Assembly: GCF_000485595.1 (NCBI RefSeq)
Contig: NW_014577069.1
Location: forward strand, 1,050,794 to 1,091,501
DNA length: 40,708 bases
Origin: Priapulus caudatus
Lineage: Eukaryota
Direction: 5' to 3'
The stretch's first letter is position 1. Each line of letters opens with the position of its first letter. A model generated the notes under the pieces. That model made no database searches. It saw nothing but the letters and a program-made list of their open reading frames with translations, and was not told the DNA's origin. The translations under genes and the position numbers were made by a program. Shown piece after piece: positions 12,131-26,924 of this stretch.

Positions 12131-14604
12131 TAGTGTAATTGTTTATATCGGATGTCATTCTGAATAGTGAGGCGTACGTATGATTATATTCTTGGTCACA
12201 CATGGCGTGTAGATATTCGGATAATTATATTTGCTGAAGTGATTATATAAACGTGGCTTGAGCTGAGAGAGTGAAGCTGCTTTGATTTTTTGTTATAGTG
12301 ATTAGAATAAGTGTAGGTAAGTGTTTAATTGGGAAAGTAAAGATGATGTATATTGATGTGAGTGAGAATAGTTCTGTAAGATGTGAGTATGTATGTTATA
12401 GACCTTAAATAAGATGGTGTTGTGTGGTGCTGGCTAATGTGTGTGTTTGTGTGTGTGTGTGTGGTGCGCCGCGCGTAAGGCGGAAGCATGTGTGCGTGCA
12501 TGTGTGTTAGCTTGTGCGTGCGTGCGTGTATTGGCTTATACATCATAAATGAATAATAACGGGATAGCCTCACGTATCAAGCGTATGATAATAAAAATAA
12601 ACTAAACATAACATTAAATATAATTATTTAAATATATTAATTTGAATATCGATCGATTGTTGATTTTGTTAAATTCTGTGTAATTAGAAAACCTAATATT
12701 TATGTAATTTTTAATAAGGCGATCGAAAACAAATTGTGACATACTGCACCCTTCGCATAAGCACATTGACGATGGTGTTTTACAGTGAGAGGGTTCACGT
12801 GTATGATAAAAGGAAAGTTATATCCCGTCAGATACCTCTCTTGATATAAAATAAGCGAGAATGAATTCTGTAATAATAATCGGCCTAGATTCGATCTCTC
12901 TTACGTAAGTATGTTAGAACGTGTGTAGCGCAATGTTATATTAATCAAAGAGCTGTTAATTGAGTTTATTTAAGCAGTAGTATAACATGCAATGAGTCTA
13001 GCCTACGTCATATCTATTACAATATTATATAGCGCAATCCTACGCACATATCTAATGAAGTTCCCCCTATCCGACAGCACTAATTTTTTAATAACGTTAA
13101 CATAAGCTTCGGTGTCAAAATAATCAGAATGAAATGGTCTTCGAATAAACCACTAACTCATATGTCCGCGAATATGAAGCCTACGGCATGTTTGATCTGA
13201 CGCCTACATATGTTAACCAACAAAACATGTAGTACCAATGTATTTCCGACCAAAGTTTATAACGCATCCCCGCTGATCACGTCTGCTTCTCCGGGCAGTG
13301 TTCGTTGTATTTTTCAGCATACACTTATCTAAGAGCAGTACACTCCATTTATGCGCTCCGCTCGCGTGTGTGGCACGTACACGTTATGTGATGGTTATCG
13401 CGTTGTAGTGGTTGTGTTGTCTTAGTTATCCCCGTGCTGGCTACGTGGTAGTGCTTACATCGAGTAATGGCGCCTAATTCTTATACCATCGCAGATATGC
13501 AGCGTTCAGCTAACCCAAGTCGCAGGATTTTACTGATCTCTCTCTTTATATCAGATTTGGGTTCCATAGCTTGAAAGTATGCGGACGAAATCATGTCTCG
13601 ACAGTTATCTGAACAATATGTCTCATTTGAGAAGTTCATTGTAACTATTAATTAACAGCCCTAAAGATCGAAGAAGAATAACGAAATGATAGGGAGGAGG
13701 AAAGGAAAGATGGGAGAAAGGAGGGGAGGCTAAGTGATGGTGGCGGGAGGCGGGAGGCGAAGGAGGAGGCGACATGAGAAGTGAGGGGCAGGAGCAAGTA
13801 AGGGGAGACTGAAGTAACGAATCGGGAAGAGAAGTAAAACAAAAAAACATCATCATCATCATCATCATAATTCATACATGCAGCCCATCATTATCAATCA
13901 TCATCGATCATCATCATCATCTCATCTATCATCCATGCAACAACAACAATAACACAACAACAATGCAAACAACGACAGAAACAACAAATTGTGACTGAGA
14001 CGAAGATCGAAGAGAAAGGAGTAGAGAGAAGAGGCAGTCAGGAGGCAAGAAGGGAGAAGGTCAGGAGGTAATAATTGTTGAGCAAGGCTAAGCCAAGTTA
14101 CGACAGAAAACGACGTGGTCAGACCAAAGTAAAAAAACTAACAAAAAAAAGAAGAAAAGCGAAGAGGAGAGTGAGCGACATAGAGGAGGAGAAGAAGGAG
14201 GAGCGAGGAGGAGGAGGAGGAGGCGGGTGGCGATGAGGACGAGCCGGCGAAGAAGAAGCGCAAACACGCAAAGAAACAACAGACTCTTCATGTACTCTAG
14301 CACCGTGTGTGTCTACAGCTTTTGGCGGCCTTGATTTGGGGGCGAGCTCGCAGATACGCGATAAAACAATATAATCACTACATAAACACTAAAGCACATG
14401 ACATAAATGTCCTTACAGACTGGAGGGCTCATGTATTTTTCGCCGAATCACTGGCAATCACCCTAATGGAACGAGATACTGTACCACTCACCCAGGCATT
14501 GTTTTCTTAAATGACTAAAACACGTGAATATAATGTATCAATCATAAATAAGATTAGCCGAGACATTAGTCATATTTACCTTTTTGATATTACACATATC
14601 TTTA

Positions 14605-15240
14605 TTAGCTCAGCTGACGAAGTCAGATGCAGCTTGTAGAATCGCATGAATGTTCGTCCGTCCGGCCGGCCGCCGTCCGTGCGTCCGTCAACAGTTATGG
14701 CACAAATCTTTACCGTACGGTCTTGATATTCGGGACGTCGGGGGGGATCGCGAAAAGGACTCGGGATGTCGAATTTGGGGGTCAATGGTCAAAGGTCAAG
14801 ATGTGTCAATGGAGGGAGAATATTTCTCCCTTAACTTAAGGTATAGGAGGAAATACGGAAACGCTTTTACTATTCGATGTATAGTGTGATGGGGAGGAAA
14901 CCCATCACCAGCGCGAAATTGGAGGTCACAGGTCAAAGAGCAGTGGGGGAAAGGTCAGATATCAGACATTCTCTGAGGACATGGTCTAACGGACCGAGTG
15001 CAAAACGTTTTTGTTTCAGCTCTGACTTACCATTTTTTATCACTTTATGAAATGTACTTTCCGCTGACGTGCGAAGAGTAAGTGTCTGATAACCTTTTGA
15101 CCTTCAAGTTTAGGGTTAAACATGGATTTGTTAACTGTTAACAAAGGACTGAACTGCTTTTGCTATTAGAGCTGGACTTCACCTGGGTTGTGCGGCACAT
15201 TGTGGACGTTCAGACAGCGACTCGCGGCAACGAAATTAAG
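14605..15240 (+). mobile_element. DINE-1/HINE (Helentron-like) non-autonomous element; related copies at ~21285, ~35566, ~40517 and a partial copy at ~38135-38397
   Basis: Starts after a T-rich run with ttagctcagCTGACgaaGTCAGatgcagct (subterminal hairpin), followed by a (GTCC)n-type microsatellite and ggtcaaaggtcaa motifs, the architecture of DINE-1/HINE elements. Seen in two unrelated flanking contexts. The 3' boundary is uncertain. Confidence 0.55.
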
Positions 15241-15529
15241 GCTTTATATATAGTATCAAGAGCGTATAAAAAAGCTTTATATACGCTCTTCATAGTATAT
15301 AGATTCAAACCGGTATTATACGTATGGTGATATATATAACGACCGGAAACTCGAGAGTATCGGCAAAAGTCGCATCTATGGGTAGATGACCTTAATTTCT
15401 ATAGAGGTGATTATTTCACTGTGCATCTGGCATTCAGGTGAAACGTTAGTTTCTATCCAAAATGCATCAGATTTCTCAAAGTCGATCTATGTACTTGAAG
15501 AGATCGCTATCGCTATCGATATATATAAT

Positions 15530-16160
15530 ACTATAGCTGCGGGTACCCGCTGCGCAGGGTAAAATCGTGCTACTAATTCACTCGACTAATAATCGGACAC
15601 AATAGGAACATTGGGTAATAATGGAGAATAACACTGCACACAATATCAATATTTACAAATCAGATTAATAAGATAATAAGCATGGTAAAAAACGGTTGCG
15701 TAGGACATTTATATCACAGCACAACCCAACTTAGAACCCCTGGAACATAATAGTAATATGGTGTAAATGACAAAAAATTATTATAACAGCATGTACGAAT
15801 GGGTTGCACTTCTCATTTGAAAGCCTCTTGATAAACAATGCAGTCGTAACCTCTCAACTGGTCTTGGTTGTGCTCCGTTTTAGTATTGGTTTCGGTTTCA
15901 CAATACCAGCAGCTGATGAGGCGAGGGAAATACTCATCGATTTTTCTGTGTGTGGCAGCACTGTACAGTGAGCGCTGAGATTATCTGACGTTTGAGGAAT
16001 TGACGGATTTTTGACGGATTTTTCGGTCAGTTTGACGTTTTGAGGGATTTTTTTCGTCTAGGAACACTCCCCGGGTATAGGAAATCGCCCTCTGAAAATT
16101 GCATCCAGATCGCTTGGGCGGTTTGGCCGTCCATAGGGTACGATACATACATACATACAT
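15530..16160 (-). mobile_element. Lep1-like non-autonomous Helitron 3' portion running into a (TACA)n internal microsatellite; copies at ~17868 and ~22173
   Basis: A minus-strand end read across the three copies approximates tacccg-tgcgcag-cgggta (hairpin) then cccgcagcctatagt, resembling a Helitron 3' hairpin plus CTRR-like end. The other side reads aaattgcatccagatcgcttgggcggtttggccgtccatag followed by (TACA)n, as in Lep1-type Helitrons. Confidence 0.55.
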
Positions 16161-17344
16161 AGTGCGTGCGTGCGTGCGTGATGGCTTACATCATATTGAG
16201 ACGGATAGTCTCGATAGCGTAGATATAAAACAACATTAAATTAATTATTTTATATTTAATTGAACTCGTTTCTTGTGTTTTGTATCTGTGGTTTCCCTAT
16301 ATTATATGTAATTTTAATAAGCGATCGAATACAATTGTGTCATACTGCATCTGATAACATTGCGTGGTGTTTACAGTGAAGGGTTCACGTGATGAGAAAA
16401 GGAAAAGTTATATCCGTCAGGATATCTCTTGATATATAGCGATTGATTTGTTATGCCTAGTATTGATTCTCCTACGTGTATGTATAGTGTGTTAGCGCAA
16501 TGTTTATCAAGGCGTAATTGAGTTTTTTTAGCAGTGCATGCAATGAGTCTAGCCTAGTCATATCTATTATTTATAAGCGCAATATACGCACAATATCTAA
16601 TAGTTTATGACAGCACAATTTTTTTAATAACGTAACATAATCTTGGTGTCAAAATAATCAGAATTGAATGGTCTTTCTGATAAAACTACTAACTCATAAT
16701 GTCCGAATTGAGTCCTACGGCATGTTTTGATCTGACAGGCTACATATGTTAACCAACATAACAGTGTGTACCAATGTATTTCACACCAAAGTATAACGCA
16801 TACCCCCTGATCACGTCTGTTCTGCAGTGTACTGTTGTATTTTAGCAGTACACTTATCTAAGAGCATATAACTCCATTTATGCGCTCCTGCGTTGTGTGC
16901 ACGTACACGTTATGTGATGGTTATGTTGTAGTGGTTTGTGTTGTCTTAGTTTATCCGCGTGCTGTAGTGGGAGTGCTTACATCGAGTAATTGCCTAGATT
17001 TTATACCTCGCATATGTCAGTTCACTACCAAGTCCAGGATTTTACTAGTCTCTTTATATCAGATTTGGGTTCCATAGTTTGAAATTATGCGGACGAATGT
17101 CTCGACAGTTATCTTGAACAAATGTCTCATTTGAAGTTCCATTGTAACTATTAATAACAGCCCTCAAAGTTCGAAGAAGAATACGAATGATGATAGGGAG
17201 GAGGAAGAGGAAAGATGGGAGAAGGAGGGGAAGGCTAAGTGAGGTGGGGGAGGCGGAGGAAGGAGGAGGCGACATGAGAAGGAGGGGCAGGAGAAGTAAG
17301 GGGAGACTGAAGAAGCGAATGGGAAAGAGAAGAAGAAAAAAAAC

Positions 17345-17410
17345 ATCATCATCATCATCATCATAATCATCATCAGCATCATTATCATCATCATCATCAT
17401 CATCATCATT

Positions 17411-17453
<43 letters not shown>

Positions 17454-17665
17454 ACAACAACAATAACAACAACAACAATAGCAACAACGACAGAAACAAC
17501 AAATTGATGGACGAAGACGAAGAGAAGAGGAGGTAGGAGGAGAAGGAGGAGGAGGAGGAAGAGGAGGAGGAGGAGGAGGAGGAGGAGGAGGAGGAGGAGG
17601 AGGAGAAAGACGAAAAGAAGAAGGAGGAGGAGGAGGAGGAGGAGGAGGAGGAGGAGGAGGAGGAG
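17345..17665. repeat. Compound trinucleotide microsatellite (CAT)n-(CAA)n-(GGA)n
   Basis: Directly visible; a noisier copy lies at ~13850-14225. Confidence 0.95.
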
Positions 17666-18529
17666 GGAATAACGACCGGAAACTCGAGAGTATCGGCAAA
17701 AGTCGATCTATGGGTAGCATGACCTTAATTTTCGATAGAGGTGATTATTTTCACTGTGCATCTGCGCATTCAGGTGAAACGTGTAGTTTCTATCCCAAAA
17801 TGCATCAGATTTCTCAAGTCGATCTATGTACTTGAAGAGATCGCTATCGCTATCGAGATTATTAATTACTATAGCCTGCGGGTACCCGCTGCGCCAGTGC
17901 GCTAAAATCGTCTACTAATTCACCTTCGACTAATAATCGAGACACAATACGAACATTGGGAAGAATGCGAGAATAACACTGCACACATATATCAATATTT
18001 ACAAATCAGATTAATAAGATAATAAGATGGTAAAAAACGGAGCCGCGGCCGGCCCTTACGTATGGACAAATTTATATCACAGTCAACAACCCAACTTAGA
18101 AGCCCCTGGAACAGTAATAAGTAATATGGTGTAAAGATTGACAAAAAATTATTATAACAGCATGTACAGAATGGGTTGCCCACTTCTCATTTGAAAGCCT
18201 CTTGATAAACAATGCAGTCGTAAAGCCTCTCAACTGGTCATTGTGTGCTCCGTTTTAGTATTGGTTTCGGTTTCACAATACAGCAGCTGATAGGCAGGGA
18301 AATACTCATCGATATTTTCTGTGTGGATTGCGCAGCCACTGTACAGTGAGCGCTGAGATTTATCTGACGTTTGAGGCAATTGACGCGATTTTTGACGGAC
18401 TGTATTCGGTGAGTTTGACGTTTTGGGATTTTTTTCGTCTAGGAACACTCCCGGGCTATAGAAATCGCCCTCTGAAAATTGCATCCAGATCGCTTGCGCT
18501 GATGTGCGCCGTCCATAGGCGTACGATAA

Positions 18530-19125
18530 CAATACATACATACAAACATACTATGATGCATGCATGCATACATCATACATACATATCATACATACATACA
18601 TACATAGCAGCCATGCATTGCATGCGTGCGTGCTGTGCGCTGCGTGCGTGCGTGCTGTGCGTGCGTCGCGTGCGTGCGTGCGTGCCGGACGTGCGATGCG
18701 TGCGTGCGTGTGCGTGCGTGCGTGCGCTGCGTGCCGTTGGCCTGCGCTGACAGTGCGTGCGTACGTACGTAGCGTACGTTACGTACATACATACATACAT
18801 AACATACATACATACATCAGTACATAATACTACATACATACATACATACATACATACATACATACAATACATACATACATACATACATACATACACCATC
18901 CGATACAATCATACGATACATACATACGCCATACATACATACATATCATACATACATACATAACATACATACATACATACATACATACATACATACATAC
19001 ATACATACATACAATACATACTACATACATACATACATACATACATACATTACATAATAGCATCACATTACATACATACATACATACATACATACACATA
19101 CATACGATACGATACCATACATACA

Positions 19126-19156
<31 letters not shown>

Positions 19157-19276
19157 CATACATACATACATACATACATACATACATACATTACATAGCA
19201 TAGCAATAACATACATACATTACATACATAGCATACATACATACAACATACATACATACATAACATACATACATAA

Positions 19277-19307
<31 letters not shown>

Positions 19308-19378
19308 CATACATACATACATACATACATACATACATACATACATCATACATACATACATACCATACATTACATACA

Positions 19379-19409
<31 letters not shown>

Positions 19410-19911
19410 CATACATACATACATACATACATACATAATACATACCATGCCATACTACAACATAACATACATACATACATTACATACATACATACATACA
19501 TTAACATACATACATACATACATACATACATACATACATACATCACATACATACAATACATACATACATAACATCCATACATACATACATTACATGCATT
19601 ACATACATACATACATAACATACTAATACATACATACATACATACATGACATACATACATACATACATACATACATACATACATACATACATACAATACA
19701 ACATACATACATACATTAATACCATACAATACATACATACATACTACATACATACATACATACATACGATACATACATACATACATTACATACATATCAT
19801 ACAATACATACATACATACATACATACATACATACATACATACATACATACATACATACATACATTACATACATACATACATACATACATCATACATACT
19901 ACATACATACA

Positions 19912-19942
<31 letters not shown>

Positions 19943-20024
19943 CATACATACATACATACAAACATACATTACAATACATTACGATACATAACATACATAC
20001 ATACATGAATACATACAACATACA

Positions 20025-20055
<31 letters not shown>

Positions 20056-20105
20056 CATACAATCATGACATATCATAATACATACATACATACATACATA
20101 CAACA

Positions 20106-20136
<31 letters not shown>

Positions 20137-20274
20137 ACATACATAGCATACATACATACAGTACATACATACATACATACATACATACAGTACATACATA
20201 CATACATACATACATACATACAATACATACCTACCATACAGACTACATATCATACATACATAACATAGCATACA

Positions 20275-20305
<31 letters not shown>

Positions 20306-20893
20306 CATACATACATTACATACATACAGTACATACATACATACATTACATACATACAACATAATAACATACATACATATCATACATACTACATACATAC
20401 CATAACATACATACATACATACATACATACATAAGTACAAAAAACATTACATACATACATACATACCCATAAACATACAGTACATACAGTACATAAATAC
20501 ATACATACCATACATACATACATACATACCATACATACATATCATACATACATACATACATACATACATACATACATACATACATACATACATACATACA
20601 TACATACATAAATACATAACATACATACATACATACATACATACATACATACATACGATACATGACATACAATACATACATTCACATACATAACATACTA
20701 ATACATAACATACGATACATACATACAGACATACATACATACATGACATACATAGGATAACATACATACATACACATACATAACATACATACATACATAA
20801 TACATACATACATACATACATACATAGCATTACAGAATTACATGACATACATTACATACATACATACCATACATATCATTACATTACATACAG
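18530..20893. repeat. ~2.4 kb (TACA)n array with an embedded (TGCG)n block at ~18620-18770
   Basis: Directly visible; ends at the N-gap. Confidence 0.97.
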
Positions 20894-22774
20894 NNNNNNN
20901 NNNNNNNNNNNNNNNNNNAGGGGCGGGTGGACGATGACGACGAGCGGCGAGAGAGACAGCGCAAACACGCAAAAACAACAGACTTTCATGTATCTCAGCA
21001 CGTGTGTGTCTACAGCTTTTGGCGGCCTTGATTGGGCGCGAGCTCGCAGAAGCGATAAAAAATTAATCACTACATAAACTAAGCCCATGAAAAAATGTCC
21101 TTACGACTGTGAGGGTCATGTATTTTCGCGAGATCATGGCAAATCACCCTAAGGAACGAGATACTGTAGCACTACCGCAGGCATTGTTTCTTAATGACTA
21201 AAACCACGTGAATATAATGTATCCAAGTCATAATGAAGATTAGCGAGACTGAGTATATTTACCTTTGTATTAACAGTATCTTTATTAGGCTCGTGACGAG
21301 TCAGATGCAGCTTTGTAGAATCGATAATGTTCGCGTTCCGGCGGCTGTCCGTCGTGGATCCGTCAACAGTTATGGCACAAATCTATATGTACGACGTACG
21401 GTTTCTGATATTCGGGACGTCGGGGGGATCGCGAAAGGACTCGGGATGTCGAATTGGGGTCATGGTCAAGGTCAGATGTGTCAATGGGGGAGAATATTTC
21501 TCCCTTAACTTTAGGTATAGGGATGAATACGGAAACTTTTACTATTCATGTCTATAGGTGATGGGAGCGAAACCCATCACCAGCGCAATTGGAGCGTCAC
21601 GAGCGTAAAAGAGACAGTGGGGGAAAGGTAGATATCAGACATTCTCTAGACATGGTCTAACGGACCGAGGCAAACGTTTTTGTTTCAGCTCTGACTTGAC
21701 CGATTTTTTCACTTTATGAATGTATTTCCGCTGACGTGCGAGAGTTAGTGTCTGATACTTTTGACCTTCAAGCTTTCGGTTAACATGGATTTGTTACTGT
21801 ACAAGCGATGAACTCTTTTGCTTTAGAGCTGGACTTCACTCTGGTGTGCGCAATGTTGACGTTCAGTACAGCGACTCGCGGCAACAAATTAAGGTTTTTA
21901 TATAGTATCAGAGCGTATAAAAAGCTTTATAATACGCTTTCTAGATATATCAGATTCAAACCGGTATTATACGTATCCGTGTATAATAACGACCGAATCG
22001 AGAGTATCGGCAAAGTCGCATTATGGCGTAGATGCCTTACATTTCATAGAGGTGATTATTTTCACTTTGCATCTTGGCTTCAGGTGAACGTTAGTTTTCT
22101 ATCCAAAATGCATCAGATTTCTCAGTCATCTATTACTTGAAGAGATCGCTATCGCTATCGAGTAGTATATAAACTATTAGGCTGCGGGACCGCTGCGCAC
22201 GGGTAAAATCGTCTACTATTCACTTCGACTAACTTAAGTCGGACACATATAGGAAGAAATTGGGAATAATGTGAGATACAATGCCACATATCAATATGTA
22301 CTAATCAGATGATAGTAATAATCATGGTAAAACGGTAGTATGACATTTATATCAAGCAGAACCCCACTATAGAACCCCTGAATAATATATTATGTGTAAT
22401 GAAGAACAAGTTCATTATAACAGCATGACTAATGGGTTGCTTCTCTTTTGAAAGCCTCTGATAAACATGCAGTCGTAACTCTCAATGGATCTTGTTTGCT
22501 CGTTTTAGGTATTGGTTTCGGATTCACAATACAGCAGCTGATGGGCTCGAGGGAAATAATATCGCATTTTTTCTGTGCTGGGCAGCACTGTCACGTGAGC
22601 GCTGAGATTATATGAAGTTTGAGGATTGACGGATTTTTTTGACGATTTTCGGTGGTTTGGTTTTGGTGTTTTTTCGTCTAGGAACACTCTCCGGCGTTTA
22701 GGAAATCGCCTTCTGAAAATGCATCAGACTCGCTTGGGCTGTGAGCGTCCTAGGGTAGCGATTACATTACTAAA

Positions 22775-25082
22775 TAATACATACATGATGCATGTGCATG
22801 TACATACATAACTACATAATAATGTATGCATGCATGCATGATGCGTGCTGTGCGCCTGCGCCGAGCCGGCCGTGCGTGCGTAGCGCTGCGTGCCTGTGGC
22901 GTGCGTGCGTGCGGTGCGTGCGTGCGTGCTGTGCGTGCGTGCGTGCGTGCGTGCGTGCGTGAACTGCGCGTGCACGGAGCGTCGTGCTTCGGCGGTGCGT
23001 GCGTGCTACGTACGTACGTACGTACGTATTCTACTACATTACATGCATCTCATAATACATACTAATACTACTTAATAATATACAACATATACATAATACA
23101 TTACATATAATAATAATCCTCCATACATACTACTACTAATACATACATACTACTACATACTACATACAACATACATACATCATCATACTCTCATGACATA
23201 CATAATAGCTACATACTACATACAACATACATCATACGTATCATTACTAAAACCCATAATAGTACATACTACGTAACCATAAAATAATGATCATACACAT
23301 ACATACTACAAATACATAATACATAAATACATACTACATACCATAAATACATAGATACATTACATACAACTACTACATAATACGACATACGAATACATGA
23401 TAATAATCATACTCATAAATGTAATTACATACATAATCATACGTAACTAATACATGCATAATACATACAGAAATAATACATAATATACATATCTCGTACA
23501 TACATACATATACATACATACTAAATACTATACTACATACTACATAGCATACTACAGTACATATACATACATACAGTACATACATACATATCATACATAA
23601 CATACATATACATATATCGACATCGCATAGTACACTACTACTACATTACTACATACAAATACATAATCATACATACATACATTAATACTACATACATACA
23701 TACATACATACATTACTACAGAATACTACATACTACTCATAGCATACATAACATGAATACATAGATACTTACATACTCATTACATAATCATAATAATCTA
23801 CATACTCATACATACATCATACTGACATAATAATATATACATTACATACATAATACATAATACATCATCTACATACATCTATACATACTACTACATACAT
23901 ACATACATACAATGACATACATACATACCACATAATACATCACATACTACATACATCATACATACTAAGACATACATAACATAATAATACATACATACAT
24001 AGCATACATGACTACGACATATAAATACATAGCTGACAACATACATCATCATACATACATACTACATACATACGTTACATACATCTAATATACACATATA
24101 CATAATAATACTATACATTAGATATTGTATACTACTTGACATATTCATAATCTCATACTGTATCATACATATCATGAATAACATATGACATACTACATTA
24201 CATAATACATACAACATAATAATACATCATACATACTACTACTCATATACATAATACATCATGCATCATACTACATACAGACTACAGACATACAATACAT
24301 ACATACAACATACTAATACATACATAATCTACTTACCATACATACAACTAATTCATCATATATAAACATACTATACATACATACGTACTACAGACATACA
24401 TAATATACTATCATAATCATACATTACATTACATACATACATACATACAAAAGATAGATAATACATATACATATAGAAGTACTACATACTAATAAATCAT
24501 ACATACATACATATAAGATACATATATAATACATACGATATACATAACTACATACATACATACATACTAATACATAGATACATCTACATTAATACTCATG
24601 ACATACATACATACTTACAGACATACATACGATACATAATTACATACATACTTCATACTAAATACCATACATACATAGCATCATACAGACTAATACATAA
24701 TACAAATGATAATAAATACATACTACTAACTACTACATACATACTACATTACATATCATACATATCATGACATACTACATACGTAATACATACTCAGACA
24801 GAAATCATACATACATACATACATTAATACTATAATACATACGACTACGAATTACTATACTATCATACATACATAATAATAAATACATACATAATACTAC
24901 ATACATACTATACATTACTCACTACATACTACTATACTACATACATACTAATACTACATACATTACATCTAAACAGACTACATACATAGCGAATCTACAT
25001 ACTACTACAACTACATACTCATACATAACATACATACATACATACTACGTTACTAGCATACATTAATATACTATACATACAT
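22775..25082. repeat. Noisier second (TGCG)n plus (TACA)n array
   Basis: Same order of blocks as 18530-20893, with many more indels. Confidence 0.93.
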
Positions 25083-26888
25083 TATTAACTCTGTATATTA
25101 TTATAATCTGTTCACACGTGTACCTACAGATAATGATGTTTATCTGAATTTCACCAAACAGTACACTCCTAAAATGTTACAACGCATAACTTTTGATAAT
25201 TAACTTAAGTAACGTGGGACGATGGTACGCGCTATGAGCAAGATGTATTTGACTTATACTCAGTTATTACGGTCAATCTGCTACGCGTGATACTTTCGAT
25301 GCATTTTAGATATATTAGTTACCGCGAGTTTCACCAAAACGTACAACTGTAAAAGCACCAACGGGTATTAACTCCACTCCACACTAAATTGACGTATGAG
25401 GGATATACGCGGGATTGGAGCCGAGGCGAGGCGTTGTGATGTCAAAATTATTGCTCCGGCTAACTATCTTCGATTATATTTTGAATTATTGTTTTAGCAT
25501 TATTCACATATATCAAGTTGTTATCGTAAGGGAAGAATGCTCGACAATTCGTATTTCACCGGCTTAGAGCTATTCATTAATTACTCATTATCTTATTAAT
25601 TTATTCTCATTGTCTCTTCTCCAGCCGTTAGCTCCGCTTAACATAAACAAGGTCAAACTTTACTCTCAATTGAGGCCCAACATTCTTTATGCATATGTCT
25701 CGTTTATATTTAAATATACGTGACGTGTAAACATTTGCGTATATACATTCCCTTAAACCCTACGAATACTTCCCTGTTTAACCTGACCAAACAATTTCCC
25801 AACCCATTCCGTGTATATAGAATCCAACCATGCATAATGCTCTGAGAAGAAACGGTCGTGGTGTGTGTATTGTCATACGGCTGCCATACCACAACACTGT
25901 GCCGTACTAACCTTCTACAAACTAGACTCATTACTTCTTATCGTATTCTCTAGACCCCAGCTCAGTAGCTCTATATCGCAAGCCATTCATTATTTACGGT
26001 ACATAGGCCTGGATATCAGCATGACGTTAAACCTACCCCTAGCCTAACACAAATCCTATTCTTCCAGAGTTCCAGTCGGCTATTACCGGTATTCTTTGAT
26101 CCGATGTTACCTGTTGGCGTTGAAGGATTGCTATATTTTTCTTACACGGCACTTAGGGCGTTTCAATAAAATAATGCTAAATAAATCGAATCTTATTGTC
26201 CTATGTTCTACTCTTCTTTTTTTCTTTATTGCGACAAGTTTCCTGTAAATCTTGTGCTCTGCAACACCTATGACCGCGCCCGCTGCGCACACTGTAAACA
26301 CAATATTTATTAGGGTCGTGCTGTAGTAGAATTAGTTCGTTAGTTTATTTGGCTTGATAAAGCAATGCTTGTGGAGCTTTACACCGGAATATCCCTATGT
26401 GTCGGGTTTCTGTAACGTTGTCAGAAAGTTTGAGGGTCCAATTGTAGGTATGTTTCAAGATGTTGTTTTAGGTACGTAGTTTCTGGAAAGTTCAGCGCTA
26501 GGGTTAGGGTGAAATACGTCATTATATCAATCAATTTAAAAATTGAAATTTGAACAACGTTTAGTAACGCGTGGCCGTGTAATGGTTCTACTTAAATTTC
26601 GTATAGTTTGCAGGTTTTTGAGACCGGTTTTTCCAATAGCCTGTGCGACAGGTTACGCTTATAATCACTCCATACGGATATGGTTGGGTCTATCCGGAGT
26701 ATGACTACTGCGCGACTATGGTGCTTTCACCAGAGCTCTTCCTATGTTTCTCTATATTTCTTCATGCCCGTCTATCTACTATCACTCTCCCTTTCTCTTT
26801 TCTCGATGTCTCTCCCTCTCTCGTTCGCTAGCTCTTCTTTCTCCTCCTTTCTTTTTCTTTCTCACTCACTCTCTCTCCTCTATGTTTT

Positions 26889-26924
<36 letters not shown>

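Larger units (their letters stand above)
12520..22760. repeat. Indel-rich segmental near-duplications arranged X-Y-Z / X-Z / Y-Z
   Basis: X ~12520-14220 matches ~16170-17665. Y ~14220-15335 matches ~20919-21985. Z ~15337-16140 matches ~17668-18530 and ~21985-22760; the anchor taacgaccggaaactcgagagtatcggcaaaag is at ~15337 and ~17670, with a variant at ~21987. Confidence 0.9.

Noticed and set aside
17451..17720. Poly-Pro and poly-Met ORFs (formin-like appearance)
   Set aside because: They arise from (GGA)n and (CAT)n microsatellites and are not preserved in frame in the duplicate copy.
18564..20848. Many MYVC/YIHT-repeat ORFs (also 27574-27982, and HT/CV/LS/ER-repeat ORFs elsewhere)
   Set aside because: Translations of (TACA)n, (CA)n and (CT)n microsatellites with no coding signal.
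25550..26518. Possible TIR element bounded by cgtatttcacc/ggtgaaatacg
   Set aside because: Only an 11-bp inverted match in noisy sequence, with no TSD visible.
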